Shown one piece after another: positions 24,463-34,214 of a stretch of 47,689 nt of DNA. Location: IMG/VR virus record IMGVR_UViG_3300044993_000286, positions 1-47,689 of that record. One strand, 5' to 3'. The notes under the pieces were generated by a model, which ran no database searches, was not told the DNA's origin, and worked only from the letters and a program-made list of their open reading frames with translations. Each line of letters opens with the position of its first letter. The first letter of the stretch is position 1. Both the position numbers and the translations under genes were made by a program. The DNA is from a virus.

Positions 24463-26759
24463 ATCATTACTCATTACTCACCGGCAAAGAAGAAGAAATT
24501 CCCGTAATCGATATCGGAAATGATGTTGATGAAGAAGCAGAACTTACCAAAAAGTTATTTGAACAATACAAATCAGCTCAAAGTGAATGGGCATATCAGG
24601 TATCCGAAGACAGAAATTTTGAAAACGGAATACAATGGACCCATGAACAAGAACTTGAGCTGAAAAAAAGAGGTCAGGCTGCGATAGTAGTCAATGTTAT
24701 TAAACCTGCAGTAGAGCAAGTAGTGGCTCTTTTAACCGCTAATAAACCCAGATTTGCGGCTACGGGCAGAGAAGACAGTGATACTAAAACGGCAAAAGTA
24801 TTTGCGGATATATTGGCTTATATATGGGAAAGAAGTAAAGGAAATGCAATTTTCAAAAAAACCATAAGAGATTATTACACTAAGGGAAGAGGTCATTTAT
24901 TGGCTTATTATGACCCTAATGATGATTTCGGCAAGGGTGAAATTAAAATTGCTTATGTTGACCCTTTAGATGTATATCCCGACCCTAATTCAAAAGACCC
25001 TCATTTTGCGGATGCAGCACACATAATCATACATCAAGTGCAAACATCGGAGCAGATACAAGCTCAATATCCGGGAATACTTCAAATATTAAGCGGTTTA
25101 CAAACCACAATGGAAAACGGAAACAAATATTCTTCTACAAGAATTAATTCCGATACCGCTCAGGATGTAATTGATAGTTATTCGGATACTTATCACAACA
25201 AATACGATGTATTTGAAAGGTATTCAAAAGTACAGTTTAACACTTACAGATTATCCGAACCGATGAGTAATTGGGAAGAAGTGGATATTACTGACCAAGA
25301 ATTACCCGATGTACTTCAAAGACAGGTATTTATTTTAGTACGGGAGAATCAACCACAACCCATTGTAAAGCCTGAAGATATTGAAATGTTTTCAAAGCTT
25401 TATGAGCAGGTAGGAGAGATATTCCATTATGAGATGCAAATTGACCCAAATACGGGACAACCTAATCCTCAAGCGGAACCAATACCTGTTTCGGGACAGG
25501 AGACAGGACAGAATCCTGCTGAGATTCCGAATTCCACTCAGCAGTTAATTCCCGTACCGATGCAAACATTGATTGAACAGCAAATGATTATTGTTAATAC
25601 ATATACAGCTGTTAAAATTCAAAGAGTCATATCAATAGCAAATACAACGATATTTTCTACGGTTCTCCCTATCTCTTCTATCCCGCTATTAACTTTATGT
25701 AATCATCATAACAACAATCCTTATCCGATGAGTGATGTAAGATTTGTAAGACCTATTCAGGAATACATCAACAAGATAAGGTCATTAATCATAGCACATG
25801 CCGCAAATTCAACAAATACTAAGTTGTTAATACCAAGAGGAGCCGTTGATAAAAAACAACTTGTCGAAGAATGGGGAAGAGCGGGAACGGGAGTTATTGA
25901 ATTTGATGCTGAATTGGGAATGCCTATTGTAGCGGGTCCTATTCCGTTGCCTAATGAATTGTATAAAAATGAAATTGATGCAAGAAACGATATAAGAGAA
26001 ATTCTTGGTGTATATCCGTTGCAACAGGGAGATTCTTCCGATGCTCCTCCTACTTACAGAGGAATAGTTTCATTGGATGAATTTGGTCAAAGAAGAATCA
26101 AATCTAAACAAGCGGACATTGAAGCGGCTCTTACTGAATTTGCAAAAGTTCTTGTTGAAATGATTCAAAATTATTATGATTCGCCGAGAGTTTTCAGATT
26201 GCTTGACCCATCGGGAATAATCAGAGAAACTAAAATTAATATTCCTTATGATGGTGTTGACCAATCAATGAAATACAGATTAAATGATGTTACCGTAGGA
26301 CGATATGATGTTGTTGTAGTGTCAGGTAGTATGCTTCCGTCTAACAGATGGGCACAACTTGAATACTATATGGAAATGTACAAAATGGGTCTTATTGACA
26401 GACTTGAAGCTCTTAAGAAAACTGAAGTTGTGGATATTGAAGGCGTTGAATCTCGTATGAATGAATTGCAACAAGCACATCAATACATAAAACAACTTGA
26501 AGATGAACTTGCACAAATCAAAGGTGATTTACAAACCGCTCATCGTGAAGCAGTAGCGGCTAATAAACGAGTTGAAGTTGAGAAATTTAAAAGCAGACTT
26601 TCGGAAATGCAATCTATGGGTAAATCGGTTCAGGAACTTTATTTAAAGAGAATGCAAGATGAACTGAATATGAATACCGAAAGATTGCGAATGAATATGC
26701 AATTAGACAGAGAACGATTAAAAAACAAAACCAAAGGAAAATCCAATGCCAGAAAATAA
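24459..26759 (+). CDS. portal protein (766 aa)
   Basis: It lies directly after terL with an ATGA overlap. The ATG at 24459 with the SD GGAGAA is preferred over the TTG at 24447. The size and the long C-terminal coiled coil (ELQQAHQYIKQLEDELAQIKGDLQ...) are typical of podovirus portals. Confidence 0.7.
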   Translation: MNHYSLLTGKEEEIPVIDIGNDVDEEAELTKKLFEQYKSAQSEWAYQVSEDRNFENGIQWTHEQELELKKRGQAAIVVNVIKPAVEQVVALLTANKPRFAATGREDSDTKTAKVFADILAYIWERSKGNAIFKKTIRDYYTKGRGHLLAYYDPNDDFGKGEIKIAYVDPLDVYPDPNSKDPHFADAAHIIIHQVQTSEQIQAQYPGILQILSGLQTTMENGNKYSSTRINSDTAQDVIDSYSDTYHNKYDVFERYSKVQFNTYRLSEPMSNWEEVDITDQELPDVLQRQVFILVRENQPQPIVKPEDIEMFSKLYEQVGEIFHYEMQIDPNTGQPNPQAEPIPVSGQETGQNPAEIPNSTQQLIPVPMQTLIEQQMIIVNTYTAVKIQRVISIANTTIFSTVLPISSIPLLTLCNHHNNNPYPMSDVRFVRPIQEYINKIRSLIIAHAANSTNTKLLIPRGAVDKKQLVEEWGRAGTGVIEFDAELGMPIVAGPIPLPNELYKNEIDARNDIREILGVYPLQQGDSSDAPPTYRGIVSLDEFGQRRIKSKQADIEAALTEFAKVLVEMIQNYYDSPRVFRLLDPSGIIRETKINIPYDGVDQSMKYRLNDVTVGRYDVVVVSGSMLPSNRWAQLEYYMEMYKMGLIDRLEALKKTEVVDIEGVESRMNELQQAHQYIKQLEDELAQIKGDLQTAHREAVAANKRVEVEKFKSRLSEMQSMGKSVQELYLKRMQDELNMNTERLRMNMQLDRERLKNKTKGKSNARK

Positions 26760-27597
26760 CGCAAATGTCAATGCCGACCAAATACAAGACTTATTTGGTT
26801 CGATTGACGAATCTTATGTTCCGCAACAAACGCAAGAGTCTGACAGACCGACTGAAATGTTAGTGGAATACCCTGAAGAGGTTGCTGCACAACCGGAAGA
26901 GGGACAACCTGCAAATACGGCTGATGAAAGATACAGATATTGGCAAAGTCAGCATGATAAATTACAAGCTGAACTTGCTGCCTATAAACAGTATTTGCCG
27001 ATGATACAATTCATCAATCAAAATCCTGAAGCGCTTACTTTATTACAGCAGCAAATTGTTGAAAAACAATTTCCTAAAAATCCCGAAGAAGAGCTTGTTA
27101 TGCCAAAAGCTCCCGTAAGACCCGAAGGTTACAATGATTACGATGCTTATAACGAGCCTGATTCTCCTTCGTTTAAATACAGGGTTGAGAGAGATGAGTA
27201 CAATGTGCAGCTAAACGAATATCTGGTTAAAAAAGACAGATATCGTGAACAAGCTTACATTGCTCAACAGCAGCAATTAGCTTTTGAGCAACAGCAAAAA
27301 CAAATTATGCAACAAACTTATCAAATGCTAACGGCGCAGTACGGGCTTAACCAAAATGAAGCTCTTGAGTTTGTTCAAATGTTCAGTGATAATCGGTCAA
27401 TTAATATGGATAATTTGGTTGATTTATACAGGCTTAAAAAAAGGCAAATTGCTGAACCTAATTATCAAGCTCAACGCAAATGGTCTCCTGTACCTCCCGT
27501 TGCACAAACAACAATGCAAGTTAACAGAAATTATTCCGATGAACAAAGATTTAATGATTCGTTAGGTCTTTATAGTTGGAAAAATCAAAGGAGATAA
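26746..27597 (+). CDS. putative scaffolding protein (283 aa)
   Basis: It lies between the portal and major capsid genes. The sequence is Q/E-rich and helical (IAQQQQLAFEQQQKQIMQQ). Confidence 0.5.
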   Translation: MPENNANVNADQIQDLFGSIDESYVPQQTQESDRPTEMLVEYPEEVAAQPEEGQPANTADERYRYWQSQHDKLQAELAAYKQYLPMIQFINQNPEALTLLQQQIVEKQFPKNPEEELVMPKAPVRPEGYNDYDAYNEPDSPSFKYRVERDEYNVQLNEYLVKKDRYREQAYIAQQQQLAFEQQQKQIMQQTYQMLTAQYGLNQNEALEFVQMFSDNRSINMDNLVDLYRLKKRQIAEPNYQAQRKWSPVPPVAQTTMQVNRNYSDEQRFNDSLGLYSWKNQRR

Positions 27598-27600
27598 AAT

Positions 27601-28953
27601 ATGGCAGTAAAAGCTTTAGCTAATACAGGTATTCTATATACCGACAGGAGGGACTTTTATGTCTCACCTATGAGAGTACAGGAATTGTATCCTTCTGTAT
27701 CACCCTTTACAACCATGCTCTTGGACAAAGGAACAAGAGAAGTAAAGGACCCTGATTTCAAAATGTTTGAGCACAGGTCTCAATTTTTGGATGCAAAAGC
27801 CGATTTGAACTGTACTCCGGCTGCATGGTCTTCAAATACAGGATTGGTAGGAGAAACCGTTGCAAACCTTGCCGTTAACAATATTAAAGGTTTAGGAGGA
27901 GAAGTATCGGATGCTTGGCTTAACATTGTATTTGAGATTTGGGATTCCACAAAAACGACATACAAAGGTGTAGCTTTTGTATCAGCTGTAAGTGGTTCAA
28001 CCTTTACTTTGAAATCTATGGGTAATCCCAGAGTATCGAATATGGGTTGTTCAGCTCTTGCAAATAACGATATTTTGTATGCTATCGGTACTGCATTCGG
28101 TGAGGGAACTGAAGCTCCTGAAGCATGGTCAGATGACCTTTCGGTAGTATTCAATTCAACTCAAATCTTTAAAAAATCAGTTGAAGTAACCGGTACTCTT
28201 TACAAAGCTGCACTGAGAGGATACAGTAAAGAACTTGAAAGACTTCGTGTAGAAGCTTTGAAGGAAATGAAGTATCAAATGGAAATCGCTCTTTTAAGAG
28301 GAGTAAGACCAAAAGGTATCGGTTCAATTGTTCTTGAAACAGGAACTGTTGACAGTAATGACCTCACTTCTTCAAATCATGCTCAAACAACTTTGGTTGA
28401 TGCAAGTGGTAAGACTGTAAGGTCAACAATGGGTATTATATCCGCTCTTGAAAGATACGGTGCAAAAACAGGTGATAAGCAGAATGTATTTACGCTTCCT
28501 GAAGCAACTTACAAGTATTCAGACTTTGTTGATGCAATGGAAAAGGTATTCCAATATCTTCCCGATAGTGGTTATAAAACTGCTTTCTGTGGAGCCGGAG
28601 CATTGTCATATTGGGCTAAAATGTCAAATGATTCGGGCTTTATAAAGAAATCAGGTTGGAATATTCAAATGTCTAAAGCTGAAACCAGCTCACTTGGTTT
28701 TAATGTACAGACTATTGATACTCCTCATGGTGGTCTTAAACTTGTATTTGCTCCCGGACTTAGAGGAATTTACAACAAATATATGGTTGTTGTAGATGAA
28801 TCTAAAGTATGGCTTGCTGAATACAGACCTTTTAGCTATAAAACCAATATCAAAACCGATAATGCTTATGATGGCGTAAAAGACCAGTATATGGCTGATA
28901 TGGGTCTTGGTATTGAATTGATTGAAGCCCATTCATTATTCAAAATCGTATAA
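27601..28953 (+). CDS. major capsid protein (450 aa)
   Basis: Its position after the scaffold gene, the strong SD AAAGGAGA and its size support the call. It is followed by a small decoration-like gene and a hairpin attenuator. Confidence 0.65.
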   Translation: MAVKALANTGILYTDRRDFYVSPMRVQELYPSVSPFTTMLLDKGTREVKDPDFKMFEHRSQFLDAKADLNCTPAAWSSNTGLVGETVANLAVNNIKGLGGEVSDAWLNIVFEIWDSTKTTYKGVAFVSAVSGSTFTLKSMGNPRVSNMGCSALANNDILYAIGTAFGEGTEAPEAWSDDLSVVFNSTQIFKKSVEVTGTLYKAALRGYSKELERLRVEALKEMKYQMEIALLRGVRPKGIGSIVLETGTVDSNDLTSSNHAQTTLVDASGKTVRSTMGIISALERYGAKTGDKQNVFTLPEATYKYSDFVDAMEKVFQYLPDSGYKTAFCGAGALSYWAKMSNDSGFIKKSGWNIQMSKAETSSLGFNVQTIDTPHGGLKLVFAPGLRGIYNKYMVVVDESKVWLAEYRPFSYKTNIKTDNAYDGVKDQYMADMGLGIELIEAHSLFKIV

Positions 28954-28964
28954 GGAGGTAATCA

Positions 28965-29366
28965 ATGGCTACAATTACAGCAGGTGAATGGATTAAGCAA
29001 ACTGTTAACGGTTATTTGGTCGGTACATCGGGTCAGACTGCTGTTTTGCCCGATGCCACAAGCGGACATGCTTCACCAACAATAACGGAAGATTTGGGCG
29101 GTAAAAAAATTCTTGTAGGAATTCATGTTACCGTAGCATTTGCTAATGTTAACTCAAATTTGATAGTTGAAGGTTCTACCGACGGAGTCAATTGGGTTCA
29201 ATTAGCAACGGCATCATCAAATACAAATCCGCATTTAATAGGAGTAAAACTCTATCTTGTTGATTTGACAAATATTCGTGCTCCTTATTATCGATTGTAC
29301 CACAATCAAAATGGTATGAGCTTGGGTACATCGGGTAAATTGAAGTTCATATACGCTAACGGTTAA
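28965..29366 (+). CDS. small beta-rich structural protein, possible capsid decoration (133 aa)
   Basis: Consensus SD AAGGAGGT. Contains a jelly-roll-like segment (IVEGSTDGVNWVQL). Confidence 0.35.
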   Translation: MATITAGEWIKQTVNGYLVGTSGQTAVLPDATSGHASPTITEDLGGKKILVGIHVTVAFANVNSNLIVEGSTDGVNWVQLATASSNTNPHLIGVKLYLVDLTNIRAPYYRLYHNQNGMSLGTSGKLKFIYANG

Positions 29367-29370
29367 ACGA

Positions 29371-29389
29371 GGGGAGGTGTATCCTCCCC
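29371..29389 (+). terminator. GC hairpin attenuator or partial terminator after the capsid genes
   Basis: ggggagg-tgtat-cctcccc followed by AATTTAT. Confidence 0.45.
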
Positions 29390-29401
29390 AATTTATACAT
29401 T

Positions 29402-30466
29402 ATGGCAACATTTAAGACAAGAGTAGAATCAATTATTGGTTCCGTATCACCTGTATCATTATTGGATACTTGGCTTACTTCGGGAGCTAAGTTTATACTT
29501 GTGCAGATACCTTCCGCTAAGCTTGCGGGATATGCACAGGAAATAAATTTTACCAATTCTGTTTCTTTATGGAACAAAAAACTGATTGGAATAACGGTTG
29601 GAGGATATGATGCTAAGAGTATAAGTCCGGGTAAAGTAGCACAAGTAACCGATAGTACTTCTATTCATTATGCAACGGCATTAACACCGGCTTATACAAT
29701 TAAGGGAGACAACTTACATGTTTATCCGACAAACTCTTCCGCTACCCTTTTTGCTATTAACTATCCTGAAGTAGCAAATACTGATTCTTCAATAGCAAAT
29801 TTTCCTCCTGAATTAGAAGATGGAGTTGTTTATTTTGCGTGCATTACGGGCTTATTATGGCGTTCTCTTGATAAGATGACTACTGATATAGCTTCGTTGC
29901 AATTTAACGCTCCTACGGCTCCTGCAGCGATTTCTAAGACATTTACGGTGGCAACTTCGCTTCCTACATTTACATTAGCTCCTGCTCCGTTATCGAGTAC
30001 AATAAATCCTTTTGTTCAGGCTGTTTCTGAATTTTCCACAGATAACGCAAAAACATATACAAGAGTTGATGAAGACCTTGAAAAAGCAGCGGGAGAATTG
30101 CAAATACAACAAGCTTTAGTGGCTAAATATAACGAAGATATTCAAAATGCAAATGCTCTTTTCCAATCGGAGCTTGCTAAATATAAAGCACTTGTAGAAA
30201 CTGAAGTAACCAGATATAATGTTCAATATCAGGCTGAACTTTCAAAGTATGGTGCTGAAGTTTCAAAGGTAAGAGCAGACCTTGAAATGGAAGTTCAACA
30301 ATATTTGGCAAAGGTGCAAAATTATCAGAATTTAGTGCAATCGGAAGTACAAAGAATAACCACTCTTATAAACAGAGTAAAGATTTATACCGAAACAAAT
30401 TCAGTTTTAGCTTCTTCGTTGCAGACACAATTAACGGCGTTAATACAAGGATTTATCAATGGCTAA
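29402..30466 (+). CDS. structural protein with a long C-terminal coiled coil (354 aa), possible fibre or needle
   Basis: About 110 aa of heptad-like sequence (QSELAKYKALVETEVTRYNVQYQAELSKYGAEVSKVRADLEMEVQQYLAKVQNYQNLVQSEV). No SD. Confidence 0.4.
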   Translation: MATFKTRVESIIGSVSPVSLLDTWLTSGAKFILVQIPSAKLAGYAQEINFTNSVSLWNKKLIGITVGGYDAKSISPGKVAQVTDSTSIHYATALTPAYTIKGDNLHVYPTNSSATLFAINYPEVANTDSSIANFPPELEDGVVYFACITGLLWRSLDKMTTDIASLQFNAPTAPAAISKTFTVATSLPTFTLAPAPLSSTINPFVQAVSEFSTDNAKTYTRVDEDLEKAAGELQIQQALVAKYNEDIQNANALFQSELAKYKALVETEVTRYNVQYQAELSKYGAEVSKVRADLEMEVQQYLAKVQNYQNLVQSEVQRITTLINRVKIYTETNSVLASSLQTQLTALIQGFING

Positions 30467-30920
30467 TTTCAGCATTATTTCGAATATTCAGGTAATACCC
30501 GTAGAAGAAATTACTTTTACGGATACCAATCAAAAGGTCAAAGGAATACATTCAAATATTGATTCTACGAGCGGTAGTTCTTATGAACTTTTAATAGGAA
30601 CAAATGCCAATAATGTCAGAAAGAAAACTTTTAACCCTGATGGTGATTATAATGTTCCATTAGGTCAGATTTTAACTTTATCAAATGCTCAATATGTTAA
30701 TTTTCTTTTTGTTAAGTTAACGGCAAGAGGAGCGGATACTGAAGCTTTAGGTCCCCGAATGACTTTTACAATTAACGGTCAAAATTTTGTTATTTTTTTT
30801 GGGAAAGTAGGAGCATTTTTTTGTTCTCCTATTTGGAATATAAATACTGACAATATTTTACTTCGTGGCGGAACAAGCTTTACTGTTACTGCTTTTGAAA
30901 TAATAGCGGGGCTTGTATGA
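30459..30920 (+). CDS. hypothetical structural protein (153 aa)
   Basis: ORF in the late block, overlapping its neighbours. Confidence 0.6.
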   Translation: MANFSIISNIQVIPVEEITFTDTNQKVKGIHSNIDSTSGSSYELLIGTNANNVRKKTFNPDGDYNVPLGQILTLSNAQYVNFLFVKLTARGADTEALGPRMTFTINGQNFVIFFGKVGAFFCSPIWNINTDNILLRGGTSFTVTAFEIIAGLV

Positions 30921-31480
30921 CCTTAAAACAGATGATAGAACAAGTTCTTGAAATCTTCCCCGATTATACCGAAACAATGATTAAAATTGACTTAAATCGG
31001 GTTTATAAAGATTTTTGTTATAAGACCAGAATACTTCGTAAGACAAGTAATTTGACTTTGACTACGGCTACAAGTTATTCTTTGCCTCACGACTTTCAGG
31101 AACTTATTCATGTCAAAGCATACAATTCAAGTTCAGTGGAAGTAAATAACATTACTTACAAAATAGAAAACAAGATTATTTACTTTTATGATGAATACGG
31201 AGATAAGCTTACGGTTTTACCGACAAACATTGCAACAATAACGATTTATTATGTCTATGTTCCCGCTGATTTAAGTTCTCTGACTTCTTCTCCCGCTATT
31301 CCCGAGATGTTTCATGAAGCTCTTGTCGAAGGGGTATATGAGAAATATTACAGAAGAAAAGGTATCTTACAGCAACACGGAGCAAGCAAACAATATTATA
31401 AAGAAGCGGTACTTGAAGGAAAGAAATATGCTAATACTGACGGTGATAAAACAATAAATATCATTCAACAATATTTTTAG
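30917..31480 (+). CDS. hypothetical structural protein (187 aa), possible head-tail adaptor
   Basis: ATGA overlap. The adaptor suggestion rests on position only. Confidence 0.55.
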   Translation: MTLKQMIEQVLEIFPDYTETMIKIDLNRVYKDFCYKTRILRKTSNLTLTTATSYSLPHDFQELIHVKAYNSSSVEVNNITYKIENKIIYFYDEYGDKLTVLPTNIATITIYYVYVPADLSSLTSSPAIPEMFHEALVEGVYEKYYRRKGILQQHGASKQYYKEAVLEGKKYANTDGDKTINIIQQYF

Positions 31481-31491
31481 AGAGAATTATC

Positions 31492-31773
31492 ATGGCTATT
31501 AACAAATATACAGAAGCAGAAGCTCTTAATATAGCATTAGGAGAAACAGGTACTAAGACAATTACATCAACTGATGGAGCGGTTACGGGTAATTTTGTAG
31601 GAATTATAGTCTTACAGGATGCTACTATTTCCGCAATGACTGCATCAAACAGTACTCTTGATACGGGATATTCAAATATTTTGAATATTAACTTATCGCA
31701 AGGAATGTCTTTTCCTTTAAGAGTAAGTTCGATAACTCTTTCATCAGGCGTTGTAATGCTTATTAAAGGATAA
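31492..31773 (+). CDS. hypothetical small structural protein (93 aa)
   Basis: ORF in the late block. Confidence 0.55.
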   Translation: MAINKYTEAEALNIALGETGTKTITSTDGAVTGNFVGIIVLQDATISAMTASNSTLDTGYSNILNINLSQGMSFPLRVSSITLSSGVVMLIKG

Positions 31774-31778
31774 AAAAG

Positions 31779-33872
31779 ATGTTTTTACCTTTACTTAAAA
31801 ACTTTATATTCAATACATTTTCCAAATGGACTCCTCATAAAATACAGTCCTTAATTGCCAATTATGATTCCCGTAAAGAAAACACAATCATGTCCGATAC
31901 AGGAGGAGTGATAGAGTGGTTTAATACCAAAGAACTTACTCCTACTGAATATCATAACAAGAAAGCATCATCATTAGACGGTACTATTCAATATTGGAGT
32001 AGAGCTCTCCCCGTAAACATCCTTACGGGAAACCAAAACAATTGGGTTCCTACGGGTTCTGTTCCTTCGGGTTGGCAGGGGAGTAGCGGAGTTACTTGGA
32101 ATCAAACAGGAATTGCGGGAAGTACGGGAACTTATGTGATACAGCTAAGTGGAAACGACCAATACATTTACTACACAGGTTTAACCATAGGCAAAAAATA
32201 CAAGCTACGGATAAGATGTTATTCCGATAACGGGATAAATATCGGAAATGACACGGGTGATACTTCTTATGGGGTTTTAGAATCGACCAACTACTGGAAC
32301 ACTGTTGTAAGAACATTTACGGCTACAACAGATAAACTGTACTTTACTGCATCGGGGAATATTTACATCGACATCATCAACATCCGAGAAGACCGGAAAC
32401 TTGATGCTACGGAAGAATGGGAGTTAATCAGACATTCTACGAACCGAGACTTCGAAGCGGGTGTTTGTGACTGGGGTCAAAACGGTAATCATTCTTTAAC
32501 CGTCTCTTCTGATGATAAGTATCAGGGTACTTACAGCATGCTTATCACTTCTACAGGAGCGGGGGATGCGGATAATTGTGTCATACTTCCTTCAAATAAT
32601 TATGAACTATTAGAAGTAGACAAAAAATACACAATAGAATTATTCCATAAAGCATCGGGAAGCAATATTTCGGGTACGATTAAGATAGGGAGTAAAACAG
32701 CTACCTTTAACGCAACTACATCGGCTTGGGGGAAAGCCGTGTTAAACTTTTTGTGCACAGATACAGAAGTCGGACAAGACATCAGGTTGTATCTTAACGG
32801 TGCAGGTAGTTGCTACATCGATAACATAAGTCTTACACAGGCTTATGATATAGTAACTATTCAATCAGTTAAACCATCTTCTTTGCAAACACGAAGTATT
32901 TTAAATTCTAATAATACCAATTATTTAGAGTTACGAAGTGACGGTTATGTAAGATATAATGTCGGAGATGGTACGACACAGGCGATTAATAATGTGAATG
33001 TAACATATTCTGCGAATGTTTTTACCACTTTTATTACACAATTTAATCGAACTGATAAGATTAAAATTGCTAAAAACGGTGTTCTTTACGCAGGCGTATC
33101 TTGTACATCAGTAGGTAAAATAATTTATGCAACTAAATTAAATATCGGTGCGAATCAATCCAATGGTGAATTATTTATAGGATTATTAGGTGCAATCCAA
33201 ATAATCCGCTTCACCAAAATCGAAGACTCCAACTTTGACCCAACTACTTACAAGATTGGGCAAGCGATAACAGGTGGAGGAGCGGAAGTAGTAGGATGGT
33301 GGGATTGGGATAATATAGTCGGAGCTATTGCATACGATAAATCTTTAGCGGGTAATAATCTTACCGCGTATGGTAATGCACAAAATGATGTGATAGTGGT
33401 TAAAGATTATAATTCAACTTATTCTTTAAGACAAGGTACTAAAGCGAACAGACCTGCTATTACTTCTAAACAGGTAGTATTTACTTCTGCTAATAGCGAT
33501 AGTCTTATAGGTAAAGGTACTATGGCTACTGTAAAGACTATAGTGATTAAACTAAAGAGAACTGTAGCAACTACTCAACCCGTACTTGAGTTAAATAATA
33601 CCGATAAGATTAGTCTTAGATACGATGGTACTATTTTGTTAAACGGGGGAACATGGACTACTGCTGATTACTATGATAAGGACTTAATACCACAACCTAT
33701 AGGGATGGATGAATTCGGATATTTTGTATTGACTTCTACCAATCCTTTTAATGCAAACGCTTTGAAGGTAAGTCCTTCCGCATATTTTGACGGTTCAATA
33801 TTAAATCTGGCATTTTTCTCTTCAGTATTAACAAGTACTGAAATAACAAAAGTCTTAAATTACATGAGGTAA
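31779..33872 (+). CDS. receptor-binding / tail fibre protein with tandem CBM-like jelly-rolls and LamG-like C-terminal domains (697 aa)
   Basis: NRDFEAGVCDWGQNGNHSLTVSS...CYIDNISLTQ resembles CBM4/9-type modules, and an earlier segment ends similarly (IYIDIINIRE). LFIGLLGAIQIIRF and FDGSILNLAFFSSVLTSTEI resemble LamG / laminin-G_3 signatures. Confidence 0.55.
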   Translation: MFLPLLKNFIFNTFSKWTPHKIQSLIANYDSRKENTIMSDTGGVIEWFNTKELTPTEYHNKKASSLDGTIQYWSRALPVNILTGNQNNWVPTGSVPSGWQGSSGVTWNQTGIAGSTGTYVIQLSGNDQYIYYTGLTIGKKYKLRIRCYSDNGINIGNDTGDTSYGVLESTNYWNTVVRTFTATTDKLYFTASGNIYIDIINIREDRKLDATEEWELIRHSTNRDFEAGVCDWGQNGNHSLTVSSDDKYQGTYSMLITSTGAGDADNCVILPSNNYELLEVDKKYTIELFHKASGSNISGTIKIGSKTATFNATTSAWGKAVLNFLCTDTEVGQDIRLYLNGAGSCYIDNISLTQAYDIVTIQSVKPSSLQTRSILNSNNTNYLELRSDGYVRYNVGDGTTQAINNVNVTYSANVFTTFITQFNRTDKIKIAKNGVLYAGVSCTSVGKIIYATKLNIGANQSNGELFIGLLGAIQIIRFTKIEDSNFDPTTYKIGQAITGGGAEVVGWWDWDNIVGAIAYDKSLAGNNLTAYGNAQNDVIVVKDYNSTYSLRQGTKANRPAITSKQVVFTSANSDSLIGKGTMATVKTIVIKLKRTVATTQPVLELNNTDKISLRYDGTILLNGGTWTTADYYDKDLIPQPIGMDEFGYFVLTSTNPFNANALKVSPSAYFDGSILNLAFFSSVLTSTEITKVLNYMR

Positions 33873-33874
33873 CA

Positions 33875-34147
33875 ATGACAACACTTAACATAAGACCTTT
33901 TCAAATAGTCAAGCTTGGTAATGTTACTTATTATGCCACTAAAGCGAATATAGAAGTAACCAATGTAGAACTATTCACTAAATGTGATGTCAGAATCTTT
34001 TTGAAAGATTCCCAAAACAATACTCTTTACATCCATACATTGGAAGTCTCACCCGAAGAGTATCAACTTTGGAATGAGGATAATTACTTGGTTGACTTAA
34101 TATGTTCAAAATTAGGGCTTATAAGAGACGAACAGACTGAAGGATAG
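33875..34147 (+). CDS. hypothetical protein (90 aa)
   Basis: ORF immediately after the fibre gene. Confidence 0.55.
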   Translation: MTTLNIRPFQIVKLGNVTYYATKANIEVTNVELFTKCDVRIFLKDSQNNTLYIHTLEVSPEEYQLWNEDNYLVDLICSKLGLIRDEQTEG

Positions 34148-34148
34148 G

Positions 34149-34214
34149 TAAATGTATGCTTAACAATCAATCGCCTTACTACGAGGCTCTAAAGAAGAAA
34201 TAGAGGTATGTATG
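34149..34214 (+). promoter_or_regulatory. conserved R element copy R2 (candidate internal promoter plus leader of the lysis / internal-protein / RNA polymerase genes)
   Basis: TAAATGTATGC-N20-TACGAGGCTCTAAAGAAGAAAT-AGAGGTATGT-ATG. It occupies the only intergenic gap in the 22.3-34.1 kb stretch of the late block. Confidence 0.5.
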
